A DNA stretch of 60,315 nucleotides. Origin: an uncultured Pelagibacteraceae bacterium (GTDB lineage: Bacteria > Pseudomonadota > Alphaproteobacteria > Pelagibacterales > AG-422-B15). The stretch covers positions 1 to 60,315 of the forward strand of contig CACHLP010000003.1 of the NCBI GenBank assembly GCA_902580665.1, in the 5' to 3' direction. Every line of letters begins with the position of its first letter. The first letter of the stretch is position 1. Below are positions 18,709-27,245 of the stretch, one piece after another. The position numbers and the translations under genes are program-made. Below the pieces are notes generated by a model that saw nothing but the letters and a program-made list of their open reading frames with translations, was not told the DNA's origin and made no database searches.

Positions 18709-20211
18709 ATGGCTATATTTGCAGAGTATACGAATTATGACGGTGTTGGACTAAGTGAGTTAATAAAGAAAAAAGAGATTTCTCCAATCGACCCCTTAGA
18801 CTCAGCAATTGACCTCATTGAAAGATTAAATCCAAAGCTCAATGCTGTTCACAGGTCTATGTATCACTATGCATTTGAGTCTATAAATAGGAATAGTGAT
18901 CTCAAAGGACAATTTGCAGGTGTTCCAATGCTATTAAAAGATATGGACAGTTCACTTGCTAATTACAACATGATGCAAGGAAGCAAATACCTGAAAAATA
19001 CCAAAATGAACTATGATAATGAATTAACCAGACAATTTCGAAACACTGGGGCATTAATATGCGGCAAATCAGCAACGCCAGAGTATGGATTAATGATCAC
19101 TACAGAGCCACTTGAATTTGGACCAACAAGAAACCCTTGGAACCCAAATTTAACTACTGGAGGTTCCTCTGGTGGAGCGGCTGCAGGTGTAGCTGCTAGA
19201 ATGGTTCCTTTTGCACACGCGAGTGACGGAGGAGGATCAATTAGAATTCCTGCAGCATCTTGTGGATTAATTGGATTAAAACCGAATAGAGCACGAACTT
19301 CATTTGGACCTTCACATGGCGACAAATGGGGAGGATTAACTCATTCAGGCATTGTATCAAGAACGGTACGTGATACTGCTCATATGTACGATGCAATTTT
19401 TGAAAACAGTGTGGGAGACCCCTACTCAGTTCATTATGAAAAGGGATCATTAATTAAATCTTTGGATGATAGGAAAAAATTAAAAATTGGATTCAATCTA
19501 AAAAGTCCAGTAGGCATAGATCCATCAAAAGATGCCGTAGAGGCCATAAAATATAATGCAAAACTTTGTGAAGATTTAGGACATGATGTTGAAGAAATGA
19601 ATTTTTCTTATGATGGCCGTTTAGCTTCAAGGGCATTTACAGTAATTATAACATCTCATGTAAGTCAAATGTTCAATGAATTAAAAGATGTTGTGGGCAG
19701 AAAATATAGATCGCATGAAGTTGAAACAGCTACAAGATTATTTGATTATTTAGGTAAAAGTTTTAGAGCAAGTGATTATACTTGGGCCCGATATACGATG
19801 CAATCGATTGCTCGTTCAGTAATGCAAGCGACTGAAAAATACGATGTTGTTTTAACCCCTATTATTTCACAGCATCCACCTGAAATTGGAAAAATTAGAC
19901 CTGACAAACAATCAAAAATAATTAGTGAAATTATAATGAAGTTAAAACTCGGTTTTGTGTTCAGAATTAAACCAATACGCGATGCTATTCTGAATGGTCT
20001 TGCGCCTCAAAGTCTTTGGTATGCACCGGATGCACTTCTTCAAAATATCACTGGTCAACCATCAATTTCTATTCCAACCTATTGGTCGAAAGATAATATT
20101 CCCTTAGGAGTTCAATTTGCTTCAAGATATGCTGATGAATATACCCTTATATCATTAGCAGCTCAACTTGAAGAAGCGTCGCCATGGATACAGAGAATAC
20201 CAAATCTATAA
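18709..20211 (+). CDS. Amidase-signature family amidase
   Basis: GGSSGGAAAGVA Gly/Ser-rich amidase signature and the Ser-cisSer-Lys context. 500 aa. Confidence 0.85.
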   Translation: MAIFAEYTNYDGVGLSELIKKKEISPIDPLDSAIDLIERLNPKLNAVHRSMYHYAFESINRNSDLKGQFAGVPMLLKDMDSSLANYNMMQGSKYLKNTKMNYDNELTRQFRNTGALICGKSATPEYGLMITTEPLEFGPTRNPWNPNLTTGGSSGGAAAGVAARMVPFAHASDGGGSIRIPAASCGLIGLKPNRARTSFGPSHGDKWGGLTHSGIVSRTVRDTAHMYDAIFENSVGDPYSVHYEKGSLIKSLDDRKKLKIGFNLKSPVGIDPSKDAVEAIKYNAKLCEDLGHDVEEMNFSYDGRLASRAFTVIITSHVSQMFNELKDVVGRKYRSHEVETATRLFDYLGKSFRASDYTWARYTMQSIARSVMQATEKYDVVLTPIISQHPPEIGKIRPDKQSKIISEIIMKLKLGFVFRIKPIRDAILNGLAPQSLWYAPDALLQNITGQPSISIPTYWSKDNIPLGVQFASRYADEYTLISLAAQLEEASPWIQRIPNL

Positions 20212-20883
20212 ATTTTTTCTTTTGATCTGATCATTAAAGCAAAATGTTAACGAAAAGATGCTAATAACATGTATGCTCGCAATAGCTTTTTGCATTAATA
20301 CATTTTGAACCAAAAGCTCTTCATTAAGTCGTGGACTGCCAGCATTTAATTGATAAATCACGTATATTGCTGTAGAAATAAGAAAAATAATATTAACTAT
20401 AGTATATTTATTATCTGCATCACTTAAGAAAAAGGCAATAACAAAGAAAGCTGATGCTGGGATGAGCCATCTAAATGCATTAATAGCAAAAAATGCGTGT
20501 GCTTCCCTGTATAGATCGTGTGGTGTAAGCGCTACGCCAGCGAAGAAAACCATTCCTATAAAAAATAGTACAGCCGCGATGTATGCACATACATATGACG
20601 TTTTATTTTCTCTAAACAAAGATGGAATAAAAAAACTTGATATACCTACCAACAAGAAGCAAAAAAGAGCTGTGTTAAAGAAAAAAGATGAAATGCTATT
20701 AATGTCTCCCGCAAATGTAATATACCCGCCTAATTCACTTAAAAAATTATGACTAAATGAGTACCCAACTTGATTAGGATTATGAATATTGCCACCAGGA
20801 AAAAAGAAAGAAGCAATTATTACTGATGTAACAAAAAAAATTGATACGAAGCGAATAACATAAACTGTCCAAAATTTTGTCAT
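20206..20883 (-). CDS. Polytopic membrane protein, paralog 3 of a tandem triplet (DUF998-like, function unknown)
   Basis: 225 aa, ~6 TM helices. Shares FPGGN, GYSFSHNFLSELG, FIPSLFRENK and GVALTPHDLY blocks with the two upstream ORFs. Confidence 0.6.
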   Translation of the reverse strand: MTKFWTVYVIRFVSIFFVTSVIIASFFFPGGNIHNPNQVGYSFSHNFLSELGGYITFAGDINSISSFFFNTALFCFLLVGISSFFIPSLFRENKTSYVCAYIAAVLFFIGMVFFAGVALTPHDLYREAHAFFAINAFRWLIPASAFFVIAFFLSDADNKYTIVNIIFLISTAIYVIYQLNAGSPRLNEELLVQNVLMQKAIASIHVISIFSLTFCFNDQIKRKNL

Positions 20884-21591
20884 TTATTGACCGTCCTTAA
20901 TGAGTTTGTTGAGTCCAAAAGTAAATATAATTATTGTTGTAATCATTAGAGTTATCATGACTTTCTGAAGTACTACATTAAATATTAAAAAATCCATGGT
21001 ATAAACTTCAAGAAATCGAACGCGATCATTTAATGCATCTATAGGTTGAAAATCACCAAGATAATAAGAATAAATGCCTACTGCAACAAACAGTAAAATC
21101 CCACCTGATGCATAAAAATTAGACAGTGGGCTAAATATGAAAGCAAAAATATAAAAAAAGATTGCTACGGTATAAAGATTAAATGCTGCAGTCGTTGTGA
21201 ATATATGTGCATCAAAATAAATATCTCCTGGAGTTAAGGCAACCCCAACAAAAAATATACATGCAGGGAACATAAATAATGTTCCTAAACAAGCAAAAAT
21301 AAATGAAGCTTTATTGTCTCTAAATAGCTTTGGAATAAATAAAAATGCTACACCCTGAAGTAAAAGCATATACATAGCTGTATTCCAAAAAAAAGATGAA
21401 AAGAAATTAAGATCTCCAGACATTGTTTTATGAAAACCAAGTTCGCTTAAGAAGTTTTTATGAAGAGAATAGCCAACTTGATCAAGCTCTATATGATTTC
21501 CTCCAGGGTAGAGCAGCATTGCAATAACAACAGCTATTACATAATAAACGGAAGCAATCCGAAGAACATCTACACACCAGAATTTAGTCAT
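20884..21591 (-). CDS. Polytopic membrane protein, paralog 2 of a tandem triplet (DUF998-like, function unknown)
   Basis: 235 aa. N-terminus MTKFW.V is nearly identical to paralog 3. The same conserved blocks are present: YPGGN, NFLSELG, FIPKLFRDNK, GVALTPGDIY. Confidence 0.6.
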   Translation of the reverse strand: MTKFWCVDVLRIASVYYVIAVVIAMLLYPGGNHIELDQVGYSLHKNFLSELGFHKTMSGDLNFFSSFFWNTAMYMLLLQGVAFLFIPKLFRDNKASFIFACLGTLFMFPACIFFVGVALTPGDIYFDAHIFTTTAAFNLYTVAIFFYIFAFIFSPLSNFYASGGILLFVAVGIYSYYLGDFQPIDALNDRVRFLEVYTMDFLIFNVVLQKVMITLMITTIIIFTFGLNKLIKDGQ

Positions 21592-22294
21592 TTATCAAAC
21601 GTCTATATCCAAATGTAAAAATTAATATGCTTACCATTGATATTAGAGTGATAATTTTTTGCCAAACCACAGAAATGATAAAACGATTGTAATCAATAAA
21701 GTCACCAACATTTTCTAACTCAAATGGATTAAAATCTGGTGGAGGTTCACTTGTTTCAAAGATTGTGTACAGAGCGACATTTATAAAATAGATAAAAGCA
21801 ACAATTGTATATTTATTGCTGATTTTGCTAAGTAAAAAAGCGATAGTCATGAATAGAACACCCATTGTTTGTGCATTAAATGCAAAAATAACAAACCAAA
21901 CATGCTCTTCGAAGTAAATGTCAGCAGGTGTCAATCCTACACCAATAAAAGATAGTCCCGCTATAACAAATAATGCTGCTGCAATGATTGAGAGAATATA
22001 ACTTTTTTTGTTATCCTTAAATAATTTTGGGACAAAAATGTGTGTTACTGCACATAGCCCTAATACCAATAGAGAACTGTTAAATAAAAAACTTGAAAGA
22101 TAGTTTTGCGTTCCATCTTTCGTAAAGGTGATTCCCAAGTCACTAAAAAAATTTTCAGAAAATGAGTATATTTCAAGTTGAGGGTTAAACAGAGTTCCCC
22201 CAGGAAACAATGCCATGGCTATCGCATTTGTAACAATAAAATAGAGAACCATGAATCTTAGGGCAAAGACTGGAATATAGCCAAAATTTAACAT
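21584..22294 (-). CDS. Polytopic membrane protein, paralog 1 of a tandem triplet (DUF998-like, function unknown)
   Basis: 236 aa. Conserved blocks are FPGG, NFFSDLG, FVPKLFKDNK, GVGLTPADIY. There is an 8-nt overlap with paralog 2. Confidence 0.6.
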   Translation of the reverse strand: MLNFGYIPVFALRFMVLYFIVTNAIAMALFPGGTLFNPQLEIYSFSENFFSDLGITFTKDGTQNYLSSFLFNSSLLVLGLCAVTHIFVPKLFKDNKKSYILSIIAAALFVIAGLSFIGVGLTPADIYFEEHVWFVIFAFNAQTMGVLFMTIAFLLSKISNKYTIVAFIYFINVALYTIFETSEPPPDFNPFELENVGDFIDYNRFIISVVWQKIITLISMVSILIFTFGYRRLIND

Positions 22295-22404
22295 TGAAAC
22301 TTAACTACTGAAACTTGATATGAATATAAAGGCCACAAAAGCAGCGACCATTATGTACATTATTTTATTGTCTAGATTCATGAACGAAATATAATGTTTA
22401 TTAC

Positions 22405-22746
22405 ATGGAAAATCCAGCCAGATATACAAATTATAAAGATTTTTTTCCTTACTATTTACGTGAGCATAGTAAGAAAAACACGCGCATTCTTCATTATATT
22501 GGAACAGGATTAGCGCAAATAATACTTTGGAGTGCAATTATTACTCAAAGTTGGTTGTATATTCCTCTCGCATTGGTGTGCGGGTATACATTTGCATGGA
22601 TAGGACATTTCTTTATTGAGCATAATAAACCTGCGACATTTAAATATCCATGGTGGTCTCAAATTGGTGACCATCATATGACATGGCTCATGTTAACAGG
22701 CAGATTGAAAAAGAGGCTTAATGAAGCAGGAGTCTCTGGAAGTTAA
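22405..22746 (+). CDS. DUF962 / Mpo1-like membrane protein
   Basis: 113 aa. FFPYYLREHSKKNTRILHYIGT and GYTFAWIGHFFIEHNKPATF match the DUF962 pattern. Confidence 0.7.
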   Translation: MENPARYTNYKDFFPYYLREHSKKNTRILHYIGTGLAQIILWSAIITQSWLYIPLALVCGYTFAWIGHFFIEHNKPATFKYPWWSQIGDHHMTWLMLTGRLKKRLNEAGVSGS

Positions 22747-23159
22747 ATACTAACAACCGTTCCTAAAAAGAAAATAAATAAAATTGTTTGAGAGAATAAC
22801 CACAAGCTCCCTCTAACTGACGTATCTATAAAATATATATGCCATATAGAATGGATAACTCTCAATAAAAAGTATAGCCATGCACAAATTATTAAAAAAG
22901 TGTTCGATAGATCAAGAATGAATATAAGACCAACTATAAAATAAAAAATAATGGTGAATTCAAACAAATTACTAATATTATTTTTTAACAATCTAAGTTT
23001 TAATGGAGCGTCCTCATAGGGCTCCCTAGGAATACCACTCTCTTCCCACTCTTTAGATTTCCTTGTTAAATCAACAGAGGCAATGGTATGCAATAAGCCT
23101 ACCGCAAATGTTAAAACAATTAATCCAAAAGCTGGGAAAAGAATGTTTTCAAACATCAC
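22743..23159 (-). CDS. MAPEG-family membrane protein
   Basis: 138 aa, 4 TM helices. Shares the NLFEF.I.FY and R.(A/I)H...H.(F/Y) pattern with its upstream paralog. There is a 4-nt overlap. Confidence 0.55.
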   Translation of the reverse strand: MMFENILFPAFGLIVLTFAVGLLHTIASVDLTRKSKEWEESGIPREPYEDAPLKLRLLKNNISNLFEFTIIFYFIVGLIFILDLSNTFLIICAWLYFLLRVIHSIWHIYFIDTSVRGSLWLFSQTILFIFFLGTVVSI

Positions 23160-23593
23160 ATCATGACAGAGCAGGCTCTATACGCCATCCAACCAAGAAT
23201 GATAGTTGATGGCAGCCAAAATAGAGTCCGCACAGGAATCGCAATCCCTGGGATCACTTTATTGTAAAAAATGTGCGTAACCGTATGCGCAACTCGTAAC
23301 CAAAAGAACCAGGTAGCCAACAGCACAAAATAACCATCAACATTACCAGTTACATAGATCATGATGCACACGACATAGAAAAAGATCGGAAATTCAAATA
23401 AATTAGTCAGATTTCTCTGACTGTTTTGAATAGTTTCACCACCATTATCAAATGTGGGAATTTTAAAGTCTTCTTCTTTACTTTTTTTATCGATAATAAT
23501 GGATTTAAGCCTCAGAGTAGTCCCAAAGGCAAATACCGCTAAAGAGAGCCATAACATATTGATGACCGGCTCAAAAATTAATTCAGGCGACAT
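23156..23593 (-). CDS. MAPEG-family membrane protein
   Basis: 145 aa, 4 TM helices. QRNLTNLFEFPIFFY and LRVAHTVTHIFYN resemble MAPEG motifs. Confidence 0.55.
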   Translation of the reverse strand: MSPELIFEPVINMLWLSLAVFAFGTTLRLKSIIIDKKSKEEDFKIPTFDNGGETIQNSQRNLTNLFEFPIFFYVVCIMIYVTGNVDGYFVLLATWFFWLRVAHTVTHIFYNKVIPGIAIPVRTLFWLPSTIILGWMAYRACSVMM

Positions 23594-23678
23594 AACAAAC
23601 TCCTTGATTGAAATAAGAATCCAGTAAATTATATATACATCTATATTTTAAACCATATTTAATGAAAGGAGGTGGTCT

Positions 23679-23777
23679 ATGTCTATCAGTAGTATAGAGG
23701 AGCTTTGCTCGAGTAGTGAAATTCCATGTGATTGTAGATGTGGAAACCTCCACTTTTTGAGTGGAGCTCCGTTTTAA
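23679..23777 (+). CDS. Candidate unannotated 32-codon Cys-rich small ORF (MSISSIEELCSSSEIPCDCRCGNLHFLSGAPF); alternatively a small RNA
   Basis: AGGAGG (23667-23672) lies 6 nt upstream of the ATG. The segment is locally G+C-enriched and is followed by an intrinsic terminator at 23785-23815. It sits between two minus-strand genes. Confidence 0.3.
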   Translation: MSISSIEELCSSSEIPCDCRCGNLHFLSGAPF

Positions 23778-23784
23778 CTACAGT

Positions 23785-23815
23785 AAGCCCCCATTAATTT
23801 GGGGGCTTATTTTTA
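23785..23815 (+). terminator. Rho-independent terminator (plus-strand orientation)
   Basis: AAGCCCCC-attaattt-GGGGGCTT hairpin followed by ATTTTTAT. A T-tract is present only on the + strand. Confidence 0.6.
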
Positions 23816-24181
23816 TATCTTTAGATTAGGTTTAAACTTTCTTGTCTTATTTTTATCATTGATTGCAATGTATGAAAATTCCCCCACTGCTACATCAACT
23901 TCCTTTTGATTCATTTCAGATCTTTTTGCGGTAATTTTAAAAATCATTTTGGATTGCTTTACACCTACAACAGATCCATAAACATTAATAAATTTACCAA
24001 CGTGCATTGGATTTTTGTATTTAACTTTTGACTCAACAAGTACTGCATTACCCTTTGATACCAATTGGGTCATGTAAATTCCTGCATGAGCCATCTGTTT
24101 AACTACCCAAGCTCCATGTGCTGTGCCATAAGGGTTACTATCGGGTGGTTGGCAAATATTTCTTATGATGAGTTTATCCAT
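23813..24181 (-). CDS. Hotdog-fold acyl-CoA thioesterase (YciA-like)
   Basis: 122 aa. N-terminal ..PPDSNPYGTAHGAWVVKQM..AG pattern and a central hotdog-helix arrangement. Confidence 0.6.
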   Translation of the reverse strand: MDKLIIRNICQPPDSNPYGTAHGAWVVKQMAHAGIYMTQLVSKGNAVLVESKVKYKNPMHVGKFINVYGSVVGVKQSKMIFKITAKRSEMNQKEVDVAVGEFSYIAINDKNKTRKFKPNLKI

Positions 24182-24536
24182 AATTTTTTCTATAATAGTT
24201 TATTAAATATATGGCTGACAAACAACCAACTATATTTGCAACTCCTTCCATCATCACAAAATCGCGAAAAGGAATAAAAAAATGTATAAACTCAATAAAA
24301 ACACTTGTGACCAGAGCCAGGCTAATGCCAAATACAAAATCATTGTTTTTATTGTTAGCCAATTGTGCTAAAGCGCCAAGTATGAAAAATGAGATAAAGT
24401 GTATTCCATAATCACTAATTAAATTTGCCACTTCTCTTACTGTAGAGTCAACAGGTACAGGTCGCACATATGAGTAATAAAGATAAAATAAATAAAAAAA
24501 GAAGATTAGTCGCAGAGGATTTGCTAAAATGCTCAT
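24174..24536 (-). CDS. VanZ-like membrane protein
   Basis: 120 aa, 4 TM helices. The FIEFIHFFIPFRDF segment resembles the VanZ E..Q/H...P.R motif. Confidence 0.45.
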   Translation of the reverse strand: MSILANPLRLIFFFYLFYLYYSYVRPVPVDSTVREVANLISDYGIHFISFFILGALAQLANNKNNDFVFGISLALVTSVFIEFIHFFIPFRDFVMMEGVANIVGCLSAIYLINYYRKNYG

Positions 24537-24562
24537 GAACGTACTATAAGTTTATATATAAA

Positions 24563-25240
24563 ATGAGCAATATATTAATCATAGGAGCTAATCGAGGCCT
24601 AGGGCTTGAGTTTGCAAAGCAATACAGCAATACAAACCATAATATAATTGTAACTACTCGAAATAAAAATAACTCAACAGAGTTGAATGAAATTAATAAT
24701 ATCGATATCGCTGAACTTGACTTAACTTCTGATGAAAGCGTGAATAATTTTGTAACAAGTATCGAGTCTCAAAAAATTGACATACTCATTCACAACGCAG
24801 GAATTTTTAGTGAAGAGCAATTAAAAGAAGATCTTGATACAGATGCCTGGATGAATGAAATGAGAATTAATGCTGTGATACCCATAATTCTTGCACGAAA
24901 ATTAAAGAACAACTTAAAAATGGGATCCGATAAAAAAGTAGTTTTTATATCCAGTCAAATGGGAAGCATTGATGACAATTACTCTGGTAGATTTTATTTT
25001 TATCGCTCATCAAAATCAGCTCTTAATTCTGCAGCAAAAAGTTTATCAATAGATTGGAAAGAAGATGGTATATCAGTCCTTATTTTGCACCCAGGATGGG
25101 TAAAAACAGATATGGGTGGCACAAGTGCCAAATTAGACACACCAGAGAGCATTACTCAAATGATCACTGTTATAAATGAACTAAATCTCGATAACTCTGG
25201 CTCATTTTTAAATTATGAAGGAAAAAAGCTCGAATGGTAA
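24563..25240 (+). CDS. Short-chain dehydrogenase/reductase (C-factor-like SDR)
   Basis: Cofactor motif IIGANRGLG, NAG, and catalytic YRSSK (YxxxK). 225 aa. Confidence 0.8.
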   Translation: MSNILIIGANRGLGLEFAKQYSNTNHNIIVTTRNKNNSTELNEINNIDIAELDLTSDESVNNFVTSIESQKIDILIHNAGIFSEEQLKEDLDTDAWMNEMRINAVIPIILARKLKNNLKMGSDKKVVFISSQMGSIDDNYSGRFYFYRSSKSALNSAAKSLSIDWKEDGISVLILHPGWVKTDMGGTSAKLDTPESITQMITVINELNLDNSGSFLNYEGKKLEW

Positions 25241-25860
25241 AAGATCATACACACGATAAACCTGATTTCTATAATGATCTTGATAAGACTTATGAAAATA
25301 TTTGGGATCAACTCATAATTGGTAAATCAAAGTCAAAATCTGAATTGCATCAAGGTTATATTTCAACATTCAATGACTCATTTCCATCGGTTAGAACAGT
25401 AGTACTCAGACATGTTGATAAGAAAAATAATACCATAAGTTTTCATACGGATATCCGATCCAGTAAAATTGATGAAATCAAAAAAAACAATTCTGTAACT
25501 ATGCTGTTTTACGATCATGGCAAAAAGATACAAATTAAAGTTTCAGGAAAAGCTGAAATCAATCATAAAAATGATAAAGCAAAATTAGCCTGGGATAATT
25601 CAAGATCATTTAGTAAGAAATGTTATGTTGTTGAAAAGGCACCTGGAACTCCATCGGATGAACCAACTTCAGGTTATTTACCAGAGCATGAAAACGAACT
25701 GCCGGACGATGATCTTTTACAAAACGGTTACAACAACTTTACTTTAGTGGAAATTCAAATTCACTCAATTGAGTGGCTTTATTTGCATCGTCAAGGTCAT
25801 CGCCGAGCATTGTTTACAACCACAAATGGCAGTTTAAACAAAGAATGGCTAACGCCATAA
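25234..25860 (+). CDS. Pyridoxamine-5'-phosphate-oxidase-like FMN-binding split-barrel protein
   Basis: 208 aa. PNPOx-like pattern (..PSVRTVVLRH.., ..IEWLYLHRQGHRRALF). Overlaps the SDR stop by 7 nt. Confidence 0.6.
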   Translation: MVKDHTHDKPDFYNDLDKTYENIWDQLIIGKSKSKSELHQGYISTFNDSFPSVRTVVLRHVDKKNNTISFHTDIRSSKIDEIKKNNSVTMLFYDHGKKIQIKVSGKAEINHKNDKAKLAWDNSRSFSKKCYVVEKAPGTPSDEPTSGYLPEHENELPDDDLLQNGYNNFTLVEIQIHSIEWLYLHRQGHRRALFTTTNGSLNKEWLTP

Positions 25861-25896
25861 TAGTGTCTAAATAAAGCAAGAAAAGGTTAAATAGTT

Positions 25897-26733
25897 TTGA
25901 AATATTTGTCAGAAAATAGATATAAAGGAGAGATAAAAGGTTTGGTATTAGACTGGAGTGGAACTACTGCTGACGCATACGTGATTGCTCCAACTATAGT
26001 GTTTGTTGAGGTTTTTAAGAAACAAAAGGTTGTAATCTCCATGGAAGAGGCAAGAGAACCCATGGGTTTACGAAAAGATTTACATATAAAAGCACTCACA
26101 GAGAACGCTGAAATAAGAAAGCGCTGGAACATAGTACATGGTAAAGACCCACAAATGTCTGATGTTGAAAATATGTACGCAGATTTTGTTCCACTGCAGC
26201 TTAAATGCTTAAAACAATACTCAAAATTATTACCCGGAACAGCAGAAGTAATTAAACGGGTTCAAAATAGCGGTATAAAAGTTGGTTGCACAACTGGTTT
26301 TGTGCGGTCAATGGTTAATATTTTAGAGGAAGAATCAGCAAAACAGGGATATGTCCCTGATGCGTCAGTTGCAGGTGATGATGTTAAAAATGGCGTTCGG
26401 CCCCTTCCCCACATGTTATATAAAAATTTAGATATAATGAATATAGAATCCATTCAATCAGTTATAAAAGTTGATGATACTGTTTCAGGAATTGGAGAAG
26501 CAATTAATGCTGGTTGTTGGGGTGTTGGTGTAACGCGATATTCGAATTATATGAATATAAATTCCTTAGAAGAAGCTGATGAACTGAGTAAAGAAGAAAT
26601 TGATATGAAACAAGGATATGCAAAAGATCTGCTTTATAAAGCAGGTGCGCATTACGTAATAGAAACTATTGCAGATATCGAGGCCGTTATTGATGATATT
26701 AACAAAAGGCTTTCACGTGGTGAAGGGCCTTAA
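25897..26733 (+). CDS. phnX: Phosphonoacetaldehyde hydrolase (phosphonatase), HAD superfamily
   Basis: HAD motif I LDWSGTT. EEAREPMGLRKDLHIKALTE contains the Schiff-base Lys context of PhnX. Also GCTTGF and VDDTVSGIGEAINAG. Apparent TTG start. Confidence 0.8.
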   Translation: MKYLSENRYKGEIKGLVLDWSGTTADAYVIAPTIVFVEVFKKQKVVISMEEAREPMGLRKDLHIKALTENAEIRKRWNIVHGKDPQMSDVENMYADFVPLQLKCLKQYSKLLPGTAEVIKRVQNSGIKVGCTTGFVRSMVNILEEESAKQGYVPDASVAGDDVKNGVRPLPHMLYKNLDIMNIESIQSVIKVDDTVSGIGEAINAGCWGVGVTRYSNYMNINSLEEADELSKEEIDMKQGYAKDLLYKAGAHYVIETIADIEAVIDDINKRLSRGEGP

Positions 26734-27245
26734 AAGTTGATTACAAATTTTTCTTGTTCCTCTGTTTCAATTGTACCTGGCCGGCAATTCCTTACATGAT
26801 TTATGCATTGCTTTGAATCTAGTCCTAGTGCCTTTAAAATAAGTGAAGCAAACATTCCAGATCTACCTAATCCAGCATAACAATGCAGGTAAACATTTTT
26901 ATTGAGTTCTAACTGAGTAACACAATCTCTGATAATTTGACTATATTCATTTTTTTTAATCTGAGCTGGAATACCATAGTTTTTTATGGGCATGCTGTAG
27001 GCCCTAACATTCTTCTCCTCTAGATCTTTATGGAACTGATTAATTTCAAAATTTCTAATTTCATTAAGTTCTATCAATGAAACAACGAGTGATATATTTA
27101 AGTCGATGATAATGGTTAAATCTTTTTTATAAGTAAATTTATCAAATCTAGAATTACTGATACCTGGACAACTGGATATAACCAAATTACCAAGATTTTT
27201 TTTTGCTTTAACAATTTTCGAAAGCTTTATTTTAGTAAAGTTCAA
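26730..27245 (-). CDS. Cys-based dual-specificity/tyrosine-phosphatase-fold protein
   Basis: P-loop HCYAGLGRSG (HCX5R[ST]). 171 aa, no signal peptide. The TTG start overlaps the stop of the upstream HD-domain gene (TTGA). Confidence 0.7.
   Translation of the reverse strand: MNFTKIKLSKIVKAKKNLGNLVISSCPGISNSRFDKFTYKKDLTIIIDLNISLVVSLIELNEIRNFEINQFHKDLEEKNVRAYSMPIKNYGIPAQIKKNEYSQIIRDCVTQLELNKNVYLHCYAGLGRSGMFASLILKALGLDSKQCINHVRNCRPGTIETEEQEKFVINF

Noticed and set aside
22301-22537. 78-aa minus-strand ORF overlapping the start of the DUF962 gene.
   Set aside because: The N-terminal two-thirds overlaps the well-supported DUF962 CDS and has odd composition. Only the last 26 codons (from ATG 22378), a single TM helix, might be real, and this is mentioned under the triplet finding.
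23785-23815. The hairpin as the terminator of the minus-strand thioesterase gene, whose stop codon lies inside its T-tract.
   Set aside because: On the minus strand the hairpin is followed by ACTGTAGTT rather than a U-tract, so it is oriented for a + strand transcript. Weak bidirectional function cannot be excluded.
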